A DNA stretch of 61,116 bases, counting the filler, from Stramenopiles sp. TOSAG23-6 (Eukaryota), in NCBI GenBank assembly GCA_900128565.1. It is 4 parts of 4 records of this genome, joined end to end, with 100 filler letters (N's around TTAATTAATTAA, not from the genome) between each part and the next. Parts side by side here need not be neighbours in the genome. Positions count along the whole stretch, not along the records: positions 45,957 to 61,116 come from LT636126.1; 3 more parts are not named here. One strand, given 5' to 3'. The notes beneath the pieces were generated by a model. That model did not search any database and was not told the origin of the DNA. It saw only the letters and a program-made list of their open reading frames with translations. Made by a program: the position numbers and the translations under genes. Below are positions 61,066-61,116 of the stretch, piece after piece (position 1 is the first letter of the stretch; the number at the start of each line of letters is the position of its first letter).

Positions 61066-61116
61066 ATGTATTGTAAAAAAAATTAAATTCGAAATTTGTT
61101 AGGTACAAAATTTCGT
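61066..61116 (-). mobile_element. 3' part of an introner-like intron ending AT
   Basis: core...tacaatacat|G TCA. Confidence 0.75.

Overview
AT-rich eukaryotic (protist) DNA, probably from a stramenopile judging weakly by actin-fragment residues and TTAGGG motifs. The window is four separate contigs (1-15268, 15369-30562, 30663-45856, 45957-61116) joined by N44-TTAATTAATTAA-N44 linkers. Contigs 1 and 3 are giant fold-back palindromes and almost certainly amplification or assembly artefacts, so their genes appear twice. Genes: secreted-protein paralogues, a nitrilase-adenosine-deaminase fusion, a >5000-aa Gly/Ser/Thr repeat protein, an Ulp2/SENP protease, a PHD-like protein, a PhyH dioxygenase, a DUF4116-like protein, an Ldh_2 oxidoreductase 3' half, a SPRY/NPCBM giant E3-like N-terminus and a GH31 C-terminus, plus actin and MFS pseudogene fragments. 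Main result: a family of about 25 related 89-180 nt introns with shared structure: GTAYRTTTT start, a GTACRAAATTTYGTAC hairpin followed by CTAAC, and an end like CACAATAC+NN. Only 1 of 20 complete copies ends in AG. In 17 of 20 the last two intron bases copy the last two bases of the upstream exon (AT x13, TT x2, CT, AG). An intron-less tandem paralogue shows the single-copy empty sites. This points to an introner-like transposon with a 2-bp target-site duplication and non-canonical 3' splice sites. Splicing is inferred from restored reading frames and protein motifs, not from RNA data.
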